A DNA stretch of 63,909 nt, counting the filler, from Platydemus manokwari (taxonomy: Eukaryota): assembly GCA_037951405.1 (NCBI GenBank). It is 5 parts of 5 records of this genome, joined end to end, with 100 filler letters (N's around TTAATTAATTAA, not from the genome) between each part and the next. Parts side by side here need not be neighbours in the genome. Positions count along the whole stretch, not along the records: positions 17,654 to 27,684 come from JBBMOY011177100.1; positions 27,785 to 43,308 come from JBBMOY011279206.1; 3 more parts are not named here. One strand, 5' to 3'. The notes under the pieces were generated by a model. The model did no database searches. It was not told the origin of the DNA and saw nothing but the letters and a program-made list of their open reading frames with translations. Shown here one piece after another: positions 25,990 to 38,940 of the stretch. A program made the position numbers and the translations under genes. Positions within the stretch are counted from its first letter, which is position 1. Each line of letters opens with the position of its first letter.

Positions 25990-26630
25990 TGTTAGTGAGA
26001 AATTTATTCTTTCACTTCCTCATTTCTGATACAAAAACATCATACATTATAAAAAATGCCTACCACCAAATATTATCATCATAATATCAAAACGATTTCC
26101 ATGTTGCATAATTATTGTCTTTCAAACTTAATTTCAATCTGACTGGATCTTGATTAAAATATATTTTCAATTAAAAATTGTTTTGTTTCGAAAAAATAGT
26201 AAAAATTTTGATCAATCATATTCAATGAAAATATTCGTTAGATAAGCACAATCATGCGCGATAATCAATGGAAAACTTAACAGAACAATTGAATACAATT
26301 TATTTTATCATCAACTGAAAATTCAGAAAAATTCATTTCAAAATTCACCAGATAAATGCAACATATAAGATTAGATACATACCAAGTACATTGACAAACG
26401 TGTATGATTACGTTAAATATTTAAGGCTATCGTTTGACTGTTCAAATACTATATCAACCATAAAAATGGATGTAAGCAAATCAAACTGTCATTCAACATT
26501 ATAAACCATTTTGAATTCCAATGACGATTTCAAAAGTAAGTTATATTGAAAACTCGAAACAGTTGGAAAATGATGATCTTTATCCGATATATCCTGTTCA
26601 ATTCAATAAAAATATGTCATCCTCTCATTA
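25990..26630 (+). pseudogene. Degenerate cadherin-like fragment whose 3' part is paralogous to 21950-22150
   Basis: LPHF*YKNIIHYKKCLPPNIIII, IFSIKNCFV and KNFDQSYSMKIFVR. Shares ttcaacattataaaccatt with 22065-22083. Confidence 0.4.
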
Positions 26631-27469
26631 TCAGTGACGTGGTCTGCAATATATTTTGTGCACTTCTCACTATTAGATTATCCAATAGATTATCTAAGCT
26701 TTTAAGAGTGTCACTTAATTGGTATTACATTCAAGCACATAATCAGTTGTTTCCAGATACAGATATTTTTTCCATGACAATAGAGTAGTTTATTCCTTCA
26801 AATTGAATATTTTATACAAAACTAGACTCTCATTACAACCATTATTTGGTCCCGTTCATACATAATAAGTAAAATCCTTAAATGAGTATTTATTTACTTA
26901 TTTTGAACCTTATCAGTCTGATCCGTTAACACGTATTTGTTGGTCATTTTCTTACTGACATTACTTAATTTATTTTAATGGATATTATTTTGTATTCATA
27001 ACTCTAGATATAATTCTATCCAAATCTCAAACATTTACAAAATTAATAAAACACCACATTTTTATAATTTATTAGCCAAAATAGAAAATTTTGCTCAATT
27101 ATTTTAGTAAAATTAGTCTAATGCGGTGTCAAGTAATTCACAATTCTTAGCTTTTGAGAAACCATTTCTGAGTTAACTAGTTTCCAGAATAATGGAAGAT
27201 ATTGGTAGCTACTATACTTGATCAGGTTTTACAAAGCATGATTAATATTTACAATTAAATTTTCAGAGATCAGTAAAGAAGGTATTGTGTCTCAAAAATT
27301 TCTTATTGAAGAATAAAAATGTACAAAATGCACTTTCACATAATTATAGCTAACATTTTACAATTAAGAAAAATATTTGAAAATTCTAAAAATGATAAAC
27401 AAATGATAAAGCTAAATATATGAGATTATAATATGAATTTAAAAAGGATAATGAATTTGTAATCGCCAA

Positions 27470-27595
27470 AATATTTTCTAAAAACAATCATGATGTTGTT
27501 ATAATGCTTGCAATGTCTAATGATAATTATAAATACTATTTTTGCTGTCATTGATTTGTGCGGTTGAGGTATTCCTTTAAAAGATATAAAATTAA
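27470..27595 (+). mobile_element. Second Polinton/Maverick-type integrase remnant
   Basis: DVVIMLAMSNDNYKY/(frameshift)/IFAVIDLCG*GIPLKDIK, homologous to 12315-12455. Confidence 0.5.
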
Positions 27596-27684
27596 AAAAT
27601 TAGCATGAATAAACGTTCCCCATTGTTTTCATATATATATATATATATATATTGGCAGATGATTTTATCCCTAAAAACTTACAA

Positions 27685-27784
27685 NNNNNNNNNNNNNNNN
27701 NNNNNNNNNNNNNNNNNNNNNNNNNNNNTTAATTAATTAANNNNNNNNNNNNNNNNNNNNNNNNNNNNNNNNNNNNNNNNNNNN
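27685..27784. other. Assembly linker N44-TTAATTAATTAA-N44
   Basis: Same 100-nt structure as the other three gaps. Confidence 0.97.
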
Positions 27785-29651
27785 TTTTGGAGGTGTTTGA
27801 CAAGAAAAACACTCTTGAAGAAATTTCAAGACTATTTATTCTGCAAGGTCTAAATAGCAAGTATTTGAAAGAGTCATTTACTCTCAGCCCTGCAATGTCC
27901 GACGATAAAAGAAGAGAGCTAGTTGACAATTTTGAGAAGTTAATTCCGACGAAGCCCATAAACGCCATCAAGAAGACATATGCTCAGTCGGTATTTCAAA
28001 GTGACCCAAGAAAGACATTTCAGTAGGAGACTTCATTCAAAAAGCCAAGTCCAATTGTGCAGGAAAGAGATTTTGGTGTAAAGGATTATCATCGAGCACC
28101 AGTTAATGGCAATGAATCTCAAATCAATGAGAGACCAATGAGATTAATGAAAACTATTGCCTCTAAATTTTATAACGATTGTAGAGGAAGACTCACACAC
28201 CGTGGTGGTTATTCGAAAAAAGGTGCTTGTTTTTGCAGTGGTGAACTTGGACACCGGAAATTTGAATGTCCACTGCGGAATAAATGTTTGATATGCGGAA
28301 AAGAAGGACATTCGTTCAGAGAATGTCATTTATCCAGAAAGCCTAGTTACAATTGTCCGAGGAGAATATTGTGCATCCATGACGAAAAAGATGAAGCCGG
28401 TATTCAAACCGAAGGTGAAGCACGTGATTGTGTTAACTCACTTTTCATGGAATATAAAAACACTGGAATCAACCTCTTGTGCCTATCTCGTCAATGGGGT
28501 CGAGTGAATAGGACATATATCAGCTAGAGACAGAATGGAAGTAAAGAAGGAAGACGGCAAGAAGAAGAGGAAGCATTCACAGATGTATCAGAAAGCAAAT
28601 GGTAGACAGTAGAGTAAAATTGAGTGCAATGGATTCTAGTGCATCAATAACCGTAATGAACGAGTGCAATTGGAGGCTTATTGGAGAGCCGCAGATAAGA
28701 AATTCGGATGTTCGATTGGCTGGTTTAATCTCCAATACACATAAATCGTGTCTAGGGAAAATAAGGATCCCAATATTTTGGAGTAACATGAGGTCTAGTA
28801 AAGGAGATCATTACAGTGAAAAATATTTCACCAGGATTTATTGGAGAAGTTAATATGTTGAAGACTTGTAGAACATTTCTTGTAGGGATAAAATCAATTG
28901 ATGCCAAGGATGTGGTAAAGAAATACAACGACCAAGACAGAATCGAAATGGCACTGGAGAGTATTGCTGATAAGAACGATATTTCATTGAATAGGTGTAT
29001 AAAAGAAAATTGCTCAATTTTTATGGCTTTTCGGTTCGATTTGGGATTAACAAATTTGGTGAAGCACGAAATCCTAACAAAAGGGGAAACTATTGCTCAA
29101 ACCTTCAGATGACGGCCAATAAATTTAGAAACCAAAATTCAAGAATTGATAGAAAATCTTCTGGAAACTAATGTCATAACACCTTGCAAGAGCCCTTGGA
29201 ACTCTCCTTTGGTGGTAGTTCCTAAGAAAGATGGATCGATCAGAATGTGTTTAGACTTCAGAAAATTAAACGAACAGACTGAGAAGTTTTCTTTTCGGCT
29301 AAAATCAGTAGCCACTAACTTAAAGAAATTCGATGCTGTTAAAAGAGGTTGTAAAATTTTCACAGTTGGAGAAGAAGTTTTAATGAAGAAAGAACCACAT
29401 AAGATAAAGAAGAACGGAGATCGATATGAAGTTTCTCACAGAATTTTGAAATTTTAAAGTCCACATCAAGTTCTTGATTTCCAGGGACAGCCGAAACCTC
29501 GAAGAATTGAGTGGCTAAAAAGGATCTCAAAAACAATGGGAGAGGGAAGTTAGATAAAAAATTAGATTTGTTTTAATATTAAAAAAACAAAAGGTGTGAT
29601 TTTGAAAATAGAATAAAATATTTATGGAAACGAGTTATGTTTTTACTCACA
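27785..29651 (+). mobile_element. Internally deleted, degenerate Ty3/Gypsy LTR retrotransposon (gag, protease, RT start, integrase C-terminus, PPT, short 3' LTR)
   Basis: Two CCHC-type knuckles (CFCSGELGHRKFEC, CLICGKEGHSFREC), protease-like MDSSASITVM, RT PWNSPLVVVPKKDGSIRMCLDFRKLN, and GPY/F-like FTVGEEVL...DRYEVSHRI. PPT GGGAGAGGGAAG at 29538-29549, then ~100 bp ending in TCACA. Confidence 0.9.
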
Positions 29652-29689
29652 TATAGGGATTGACCAATCTCATTCTTGTAAAAACCCAA

Positions 29690-29835
29690 TAAGAACGTAG
29701 AAAAATAAATATCAAATCAAAATATGATACAACATGACACAAAAACACACATAGATCGCGAATATGAAAATAGATGTAAAAATGGACAACTGCCAGTTGA
29801 AAGCTAATTTTGGGTTGAGATTTTGTAATTCGTGT
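29690..29835 (+). repeat. Dispersed repeat (Gypsy integrase tail family)
   Basis: acaacatgacacaaaaa...agatc.cgaatat.aaaat.gatgtaaa...ccagttg.aagc is shared with 40444-40530 and the reverse complement of 18230-18320. Confidence 0.65.
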
Positions 29836-30807
29836 ATTGATTAATAGACCAAGAAATATTATCACCTTCGATTACCCAGCAAGTTTATGAATATACGATT
29901 GAAATGAAGTGAAATCAATAAGTTTTATCACTATGAACAAGCTGATTCTTAGCACCGATAAAGTAAATTTTGACTGTAATTTTGTAAACGACATGGACTT
30001 TATTGAAATTGTTTTAATAATGACTACAGTTAGGATTTTAAAATTTAAATTGAATAGATATAAATTAATATCAAAAGATATTTTTGTTTACAAGATGAAT
30101 AACTAATTACTAGGATAACTAGTTTAGTTGTTATAGTAACATAATAAATCACCACTGAAATTTATAGAGATCGCAAAATAACTATTTATACTCATTTCGA
30201 AACAGAAAAAAATTCACATATAATCCATTGATCACGTCACAAGAATTTATCTAATTAAGCAGTGTAAATTTACGTAATTGATTGTAAAATTATCTAGAAA
30301 AGGAATGTTTACCACATTTACCTAAACTAGATTTATTCTAGAATCCAACCTGAAGCCGTTACATCCATTGTTATACAATTGTGAAATCTCTTTAGGCCAC
30401 TACAACCGAAATATATTCTCAAATCTTGTAGCCTCTCACATTCGATAAATGTATATATCATTTGGTTTTGTTCTCATCAACAATAAAGATTTTCATTTAT
30501 TTCTATTAATATCTATTTAATGTGTTTATATTTACCATAACAATTAATTACATTGTAGAGAATATTTTGCTGAGATATACCAGATCATTTATGGGATTTT
30601 TAAATATTTAATCAAATTATTAATTTTCCATTTCATTTCAAAACAATCATAAACAGATATAATTTATTTTTAATATTGATCAATATCTATATAATTTATC
30701 AATTAAAGCCATTATTATCAGCCATGTAAACCTAGTATTTATCGAAAAAATAGGGATGATTTAATAAATGAATTGCATTTTATCCAAAAAAATACTATAT
30801 AAATTAG

Positions 30808-33800
30808 ATCAAGAAATGAATCGGATGTCGATAGTAAAGAAAATGAGCATCTACTAAAATCTCCATCACAATCAAAAATCTCAATGAAAAATCAACAGCG
30901 GTCAAATCTTCCAACAGCAATATCTCTTGGAATTGCCTATTCTGCAACTTGTGGCGGGATTTCTACACTGACTGGAACAGGTCCCAATCTTGTTTTAGAG
31001 GGTTTGATCACCGAGTAATAATTGATAAATGACAAAATTTGTTTTCATTTTACTATTTCTAGTCGATACGGCCAGTTGAGTGGTCTGAACTTTGGTAGCT
31101 TTATGTTATACGCCACACCGATTTCGATGATGTGTTTTTTGATAGCATGGCTTTCTATTTGTCTTTTATTCATAGGGCCTAGGTTCGGTATCTACATAAA
31201 TTGAATACATTGAATAAATATTTAATAGAAAAATGTTTCGATTAAATGATGGTAGTGTTCAACAAAAAATTATTAAGAGACTGCTACATGCGGAATATAT
31301 TAAGCTAGGAACAATGAAGTAGATGATAAATTGTTATCAAAGATTATTATTAATTGTTATATTGTTAAGATTCTCAGAACTGTCTTGTATTATTTGGTTG
31401 ATTGTGTTAATTTTTCTTTGGATAACAAGAAATCCTGGATATTCTTTATGGAATCAATTTTTTGTTTACAAACAAACTAATGGATCATTGAAAAGGTAAA
31501 TACAATACAACGACATTATATAAAAATCTAATCCGCGCGAAAAGTAGTGATATAAACCGAGTATTGACGCTAAGTTTATTTTTGAACACTAACTAAAGTT
31601 TAAAAAAATCATAACGATGAATTATAGACTACGCACAAGCAATTAAATATCTTAAATTAATCTAACTATTGGTGGCTTTTTCACCAATTAAAATAACCAG
31701 TAGAACTACAGAAATCGTGAGCAACTGTTGTGTTTGCATACAAGTCTGTATAAGCACGTACAATATTATGATTAACTAACATTTAATTAACAATTCTGAA
31801 ATCCTTCTCTGTATTTGACCCCTTTAAAAGACAAATATAAAACAAAAATGTATTCATCGATATCAATACACCATATAATAGCCAAATTGCATGATAGGTT
31901 AAAATATGTTTCGAATTTTCTCGACGTTAATAGAGTCATTATAAAATTGAATGACATTTCCATTATCATTTAGTTTTGCAACAGATACTCAGCCAGTAAT
32001 TCTTATATCCATCATTCTATTATCGTGGCCATCTAGAAATCCATTTACAAAACAATATTGGAAATCTAATGAAAGTAAAATTCGATCTATTTATTTTGAT
32101 ATTTAACGATAACGTTTTTTCCAAGGTCATAAATCATTTGAATGGCCCCAAACCGTAATTATTTAATTTAAATTAATTTTGATTGGATTAAGGAATTTTT
32201 GATTTCATTGCTTTTTGAGAAATAATTTATCCTTGACAATAAATTTGGAAAATAAAACCGTATTGGCAATATTAGTATAGATTTATAAGTTTAATGCAAA
32301 ATACCTTGTTTCATAATGTTTTCGATATTTCGTCATCGTCGGCTTTCGTGAATGAAGAATTATCACATATATAATTGCGATGTTTAATTTATTCTTGTGA
32401 TTCAGTTAAAAGCCTTCTTTCGAGGATGTCAGATAAGGACAAAACATAGTTTTAAACCAAGTTCTCATTCTAGCCATATGATTTTTTTATTTTGTAAATT
32501 TAAATTTATTTAATTTTAAATTAACTTAGGAAACCCCTGATATGTTTAATAGTCTAGTATTACTTGTTTTTATCAAATAGTTGTAAAAATTGAAAGCATA
32601 TTTCAATTTGCTTCTAATATTTGAAAGGAGTCCTTGCTAATCTTCAATAAGTTCCAATTCGATCCGTTCTTCAAATAAACAAATTTTAGTATATTTCAAA
32701 GTTCTAATTCATTTAATTTTTGATTTCAAACAACTAAAATCCTTTTTAAGTACTTCAATCAAAATGTTTTTAAAGAATAAAATTAAATAAACTTTCTGGG
32801 ATTTTGAAATACATTCACTCAATAAATTAAAAATTTTATTTTAGGACCTCTTTTGGTATAATTTTCTAATTAATTTAAGTTTTTTTTAATTAAAAAGTAA
32901 ATTGTAGTTGATGTGAAAATTGTTGACATTTAATTTGATTGTTTGATTTATTCAGTGATTTATTTTTAAAATATACTTATAATGTGTTAATTGATAATAT
33001 ACAGTTATGATTTTAAAAAGTATATTCTTGAGAAGATAATGCACTATAAAATAAAGTCTAAAGTTTAAAGTTAAATCACAATACAAAAGTAGTTCATAAA
33101 CTGATAAACAAATAAAATGATTACGAAATAACGATGTATAACTGGCAGATTTCGTTGAATCAGTACATTATGAAACTCAATTAAGTTAGTGCAACAATTA
33201 ATATTACAATTGTTGGTAATGTCTTAAATCTTATATAAACTGTTTCGATTAGTCACTTCATAGTGGCTACTTGTGATCTTTGTACCTTTCCTTTGTCTGA
33301 TTGGCTGTTGTTGCAGTTGTGTCTCTATTTTTTTCGAGCTAGTTTGTCATATTGAAATTTCAAGTGCTTTTTGTAATAATCTGCTCAAAGTTCTGTGAAT
33401 TTGCATCAGGATGAGAATTTTTATTAGCAATGTTGGGTATGTATTTATTACATATTAAAACCTTTCAAATTTTGATTTTTGATTGGTTAGTTAAATCCAA
33501 GCGTTAGAATTAATTATACCAATGAACAATAAATTTGGCTATCTCAATTTCTAACAAAATAACGATTATTAAACCAATTTTGTTTATTTCATTTGGTGTT
33601 GGAAAAAATTAAACAAATTAAAAATATATTTCTGGGCAAATATTCGATAATTACCGGTAAATTTTATAAAATGATTTCTGCAAGAGAGTAAAACCATTTA
33701 AAAACCCAGCATTTTGCAAAACAGGTCATAAACGACTTGCAGTAAACAATTTGCTCTTAATAGCTTACAAAAACACCAAATCAATTAAAAATTACGATAT

Positions 33801-36800
33801 TATAAAATCTAATAAAATCTCAATTCTAAATTTAGTCATGAAAATTCCCAGAGGCAGATCAGACCAAAATATTTAAAAATAAAAATATTCCAATCGATTA
33901 TTTTTCAAAATCACTAGTTAAAATCTAATTTTGTTAGTGGAAATCAATTTCATTCCTTGAGAATTTGTATTCAAATTATTATCCGTGAGTCTGTTTACTC
34001 TAAATAACCTTTGTTACATTTATTTTCTGATATTTCTGAAAGAACAAATATTTACGTGACTTTCGCATGTAATTATAATCAATTTCTTAAACTTTTACAG
34101 AATACCTTCGGGTGCCATTAAACAACGACGATGGTTTCTCATCAATAATACTTTTAGGTTATTAAAAACGTTAAGTAGGTTAAAACTAGCATGTTTATCA
34201 TTTTGGTACAGAAATGCACATTAATATTTTCAACCTCATTTATTCGAAGCTTCGGATTATTGGTGAAAATTATGGACCATATCCATAGTCTAGGTTTTCA
34301 ATTAATTGTAGATATAAATAGATGTCTTCGAAAATTTACTGTAGATAATATCTATCAATAATTCAACAAACAAAACCAAAATAAAACTCATTATGAAATG
34401 CAACTATGATTCACACCTTGAAAGTAACGGCATTATTAGGCTGTATCTGAAGCAGTTCATCATCTTTAAAAAATTTGCTGATTGGAAAAAATGAAGTAAC
34501 ATTTCGATTCGACAGGATTGAAAAATTTATTAGCGATTTATTTATATAACTCAGCATCATAGTCAGCTTGACTCTATGCGAGATTCTCGTATTGATTATA
34601 TTCGGAAAAATGATGAACAGTTTTAAAGAAGACAAAAATGCTTTGACTTCAACGAAAATTTCTGGTGAACTTAAATGTTTTGGAATTTTCCATTTCGATA
34701 AAATAAGAGCGTTTTAATATGTTGAGAGTTTATTTGAAAATGTTAATTTCTTGTGGGTGTGTTAGTGTGGAGGTCTTTCGCTTACTTCTTGATCTGACTC
34801 CAAAGATCTGTTGCGTTTCGTTAAAAATATAATATGAACATAAGTTACTATTTATAAATATGAATAACATGATACGTCCTGAAAAATATATTAACAACAA
34901 AATATATGAAAATTTGGATTACAACCCAATTAGAATTTATTATATGTGAACAAGGAGCTCATGAAGTGCTGTGTCACTTAACCAGAGAGACCGATTCACG
35001 ATACGAGATTAACCGTAAAACGAATAAAACTTATATAAAACAAAGGGTAAATCGAAGATGATTTTAATTAGTATCGAATCAGATGACACGATACGAAATT
35101 CCAACTAAACTGTACTTGATTGTACCTCGAATGAAGTGAATTTTCTGATTTAGATGGTGCTTTCTGAGCAGTTTCCGGATCGCAGTTTACTAGTCTCCTG
35201 TATGGTATAGATTATCTCCTAGTGAATGACTTTCAGTGAATGAGGTTTGGTAGCTTAGCTGCCTAGTAGCTTGGCAAGGCTGTTTTCTCAGTTCAATTTC
35301 TCGATTATTAACTTTTTGCAATTAAAATTTTGGCTAATTTTTCTAAATGTTGTTGTTTTTATATACTGATTCGGTTGCTCTTTCCAGCCTATCGTGATTT
35401 TTCTATTTTTGTAATTACGCAATCCTATTTTTAGCTTCTTGTATTTTAAAATTCTGTTTTTAATTGTTGATCTATTTATGAGATTACGTATCTCTATTTA
35501 TAGAATTTTTGTTATTTTTAATATGTAATGTATTTTGTGAGCGTGATGCTGATTGTAGGCGTAATTTGTTAATTGTCAATGTGGGTTTGGATCTTAACAA
35601 AAATATATAAAATCCAATATTTTATGTTGGAACGTAGTGTGCTATTCAATTCCAAGATTTTGTTTTCATAATTAATTGTCCCATTAAGTTTGGATTATAT
35701 AGTCATCTAAATTGAAGAGATTATATTTTTAGAATGCGAACCCTTATTGCCATGGACAGAAATGCAGAAGGGATTATCTTGGAGCGTATTATTCTTGTTG
35801 GGTGGTAGTTTTGCTTTAGCCGATGCGTGCCAAGTATCAAATTTTGTAAGCACTTTTTATAATTTAATCTATTTTATTACAGGAATCCGGTTTATCCACT
35901 TTAATAGGATCATCTCTACATAATTTGGCAACACTGTCCCCAATGCTTTCTATGATTCTAGTGATTTTTGGTATTTGTATAGTCACTGCATTTACTTCCG
36001 ACTCGGCAACTGCAACCATTTCTATACCAATACTTTTGACATTGGTAAATTATTCAATTTTAGTTAGAATTGTAAAAACCACTTAGTTAGACATTTATAA
36101 ATACTTAGAAAACATAAATATGATTTTTAACAGATTCCATATCTGAATTGATTTTGCAAATCTTATGAGTAAATTATTCTTTAATATTAGGCTTCAAAGT
36201 CGACTTAAATTGTACTTATAAAATAATGGTAATAAAATTAACTTTCTATATCCGGTTTAATGAGTTACTGGATAACCAAATATGATTGATAAAATTTCAT
36301 ATTATATCTATTCCGATAAACTCAGAAATGTGTATGTTACTTGTCAAATTGACAATGAGCTTCATTGTGTAATAATATTTCTTGAATACAAATCAAAATT
36401 CGACGCAAAATAAATATACAATGTCTTTGATATCATGTTTTACATAATATTTTCGTTATATGATATAATTAAATAAACTTAAAAACATACTTAAATACTT
36501 TAAATACTTAAATAAACTTAAAAATTTATCAGAATTTATGACATTTTTGTGATCAAAATTGATATTACTGAAATAGATTCTGGTGTCATTTCCTTAATCC
36601 GATGTCGTTTATCGTAAGTCGTAAATGGATGAGCTATTTCAACGATACGATCCCCTGATTTCAAAAGGCATTTAATGATGCATATATGCTTCAAATAGTT
36701 TATAAATATATAAAAAATTTTATTATTGAAAAAGTTTAAAATTTTGAAATTCAAGTAAATAAATGACAAGTCAGTGTTTGAGAATCTTTCAATTTTTTGA

Positions 36801-37931
36801 ACATAACAATCTTATTTTTTGTTACCGACTTTGGTCAACATCAAGATTCTAAGTCTATAATTTTGATTATAGCGACGGAATAAAAATTGAGATGTATGAG
36901 TTGGGTAGGTCAGAAAAACAACCAAAATGTTCAAGGAAATCATGAAAATAACCCTCAAGATTCGATATACATAGATTCAATAAGCGTACGTGCCAATAGC
37001 CAATCAGATTTCTTTTATACATCAATCCAACAAATGACAATAAACACGAGCAAGTGCCAGTCCTTCATTCTGTTACGTGACTTTTGTCCTATTTTTCGGA
37101 CAACCAGTGATTTACAGTCTCTAAATGTTGTATTGTGATTTTTAATTGTATCTGCTGACGAGTTGAGCCTGTGATTCTTTGGAATTTAAATTGTAATTTT
37201 CAGCATTTCAGAATTAGCATTTTAATCTAATTTATTGAAATAAATTAATACTGTCACAAAGGTTCATTCTATATCATATGACTGCAAGCAATCTGACACG
37301 ATAATTACTCTAATAATTATTATTTAAGCAATAGCCAATAATTCAACAACCGAGTATTTAAAAAATTCCCCACCTAAATGATGCTGCAATATGAATTTCA
37401 TACTTAGCATCTGCTCGGCTACCATTTGAGAATAGCGAATTGCATTATTTTTGCGAACATATCAGAATGTCTCTTACAGATTTTAAAAAGAATGTTTGCT
37501 ACTTCTTTCATATTTTCCATTAAGGAAAAATTTAAAATTTGAATAAAAATAATTATTTTTCACAATATTAAAGTGTCTTTATAATTAATTGTTCTTAAGG
37601 CTGAATGCAATAAAATCAATCCTTTGTATTTTGCACTACCAGGCGGTATTGCATCATCGTTGGCATTTTGCTTACCGGTATCAACAACTTCAAATGCTAT
37701 TATTTATGCGAAAGGACATGTAAAAATCTTCGATATGGTAAGATATTGATTACAATGACCAAATTTAACCAAAATATTAAGATGAAATGCGGATCACTTA
37801 TCACTATCCAATGCATTTTAATTATATTTCTCTGTACCATCTCCTATGGAAATGCTATTTTTGGTTTAAACAATTTTCCAATTTGGGCCAACAATTGTGC
37901 CAGCGTGCCTAACGGAACTTTATCCGTTTGA
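30808..37931 (+). CDS. SLC13/DASS Na+-dicarboxylate/sulfate cotransporter (INDY-like), 5'-incomplete; exons 30808-31014, 31063-31182, 31229-31318, 31370-31495, 31974-32074, 35733-35833, 35883-36044, 37600-37737, 37782-37931
   Basis: IAYSATCGGISTLTGTGPNLVL, LNFGSFML, WITRNPG, WSVLFLLGGSFALA, ESGLS, NPLYFALP, LAFCLPVSTTSNAII and FPIWA. N-terminal exons not found in this contig. Confidence 0.9.
33900..34750 (-). pseudogene. Degenerate cadherin-like fragment, antisense inside an SLC13 intron
   Basis: YFIEMENSKTFKFTRNF/VEVKAFLSSLKLFI...SLINFSILSNRNVTSFFP. Confidence 0.3.
34945..35599 (-). mobile_element. Solo-LTR-like insertion in an SLC13 intron
   Basis: TGTGAAC...CTTAACA ends, a minus-strand TATA box (GTATATAAAA ~35357-35366) and higher GC than the flanks. 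No TSD found. Confidence 0.35.
36230..36900 (-). pseudogene. Degenerate cadherin-like fragment, antisense inside an SLC13 intron
   Basis: HPFTTYDKRHRIKEMTPESISVISILIT (PxF...IxExxPxGxxV-like) and IYFASNFDL/KYYYTMKLIVN (FDYE..Y.L.V-like). Confidence 0.4.
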
Positions 37932-38229
37932 TTCCCAAACAATTTATTTATTTGATATTTATAAATATACCTTCTGACGTGAAATGGAATCTTGAGAACT
38001 TCCTAGACAATATTTTTCAACCAACCTCTTTCTACTGGATGATTATTTGAAAATTATGACTTCCAGGATTGTTTATACTGATAATTTAATTGTTAATTGA
38101 CTTTATTAGTTATTAGATATTTTGGTTTTCACAGGTTTTTCATTTGCAGAATCTTATTGATTACAACGTTATTGTTCTCTTTAATTTGTTTTGAAAAACT
38201 CCAAAAATTCGTCCAATGAGAGAGAAAAA

Positions 38230-38940
38230 TCTCATCTTTTGACATTTCATATTACCTGTTATAATTAGATATATTGGCCGTAATTTGCTTATTGTCGCAA
38301 AGGCATATCGGTCATTGATCGAAATTATAATTACATCTTAACACAAATTCGACAATATGTGGATGACAGCCTCAGTGTAACACCTCTTTTAAACCCAAGC
38401 AATCTATCCAGTCTGTTCTAAAACCATTCATCTCGTATCAAATTCTTAGGAACATCAGTACTCTAATCGGCATTCGCAACATCACCAACTATGATAACAT
38501 TTTTAATGGAACTTGGCAATGATTTCATATTGAATGGCAATAGTTATGATTATAAAACTATCTTTTAATTATAAATGTTATCATTTGAATAGTATGAGAA
38601 CAAAATATTATATGTATTTTATATTCGTTATTAGTATCTAAATTGTGATTGTGATTCATATGAATTTTTTGGTCACTTTAGGCCTTTATATCTTTTATTA
38701 ATGTATCTGGAACATGATAGAAAGAGGACTAAATAATAAATTCATAATAATTGGGAAATTTAAGATAAAATTGATACAGAAATCCTCATAAAAATCATTG
38801 AAACGGATAGACTCATGAAAACAATAACCACGAGACCTGTGACCAATTTCGATTTTACATTGGTACACATCTACGGAAAACAACTTTCTCCTAAATGGAT
38901 AGGTGATATAAGAGATAGAAAAAAACCTACAAATAAAATA
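38230..38940 (-). pseudogene. Degenerate cadherin-like fragment
   Basis: LFSVDVYQCKIE...IRFNDFYED, the DNA tttgatacgag (FDYE with one base deleted), and DVIIISINDRYAF. Confidence 0.35.

Noticed and set aside
27729-27971. ORF running through Ns
   Set aside because: It is antisense to gag and terminates in the artificial linker.
30170-30620. Candidate upstream SLC13 exons
   Set aside because: No SLC13 motif was found and no consistent spliced frame could be built.
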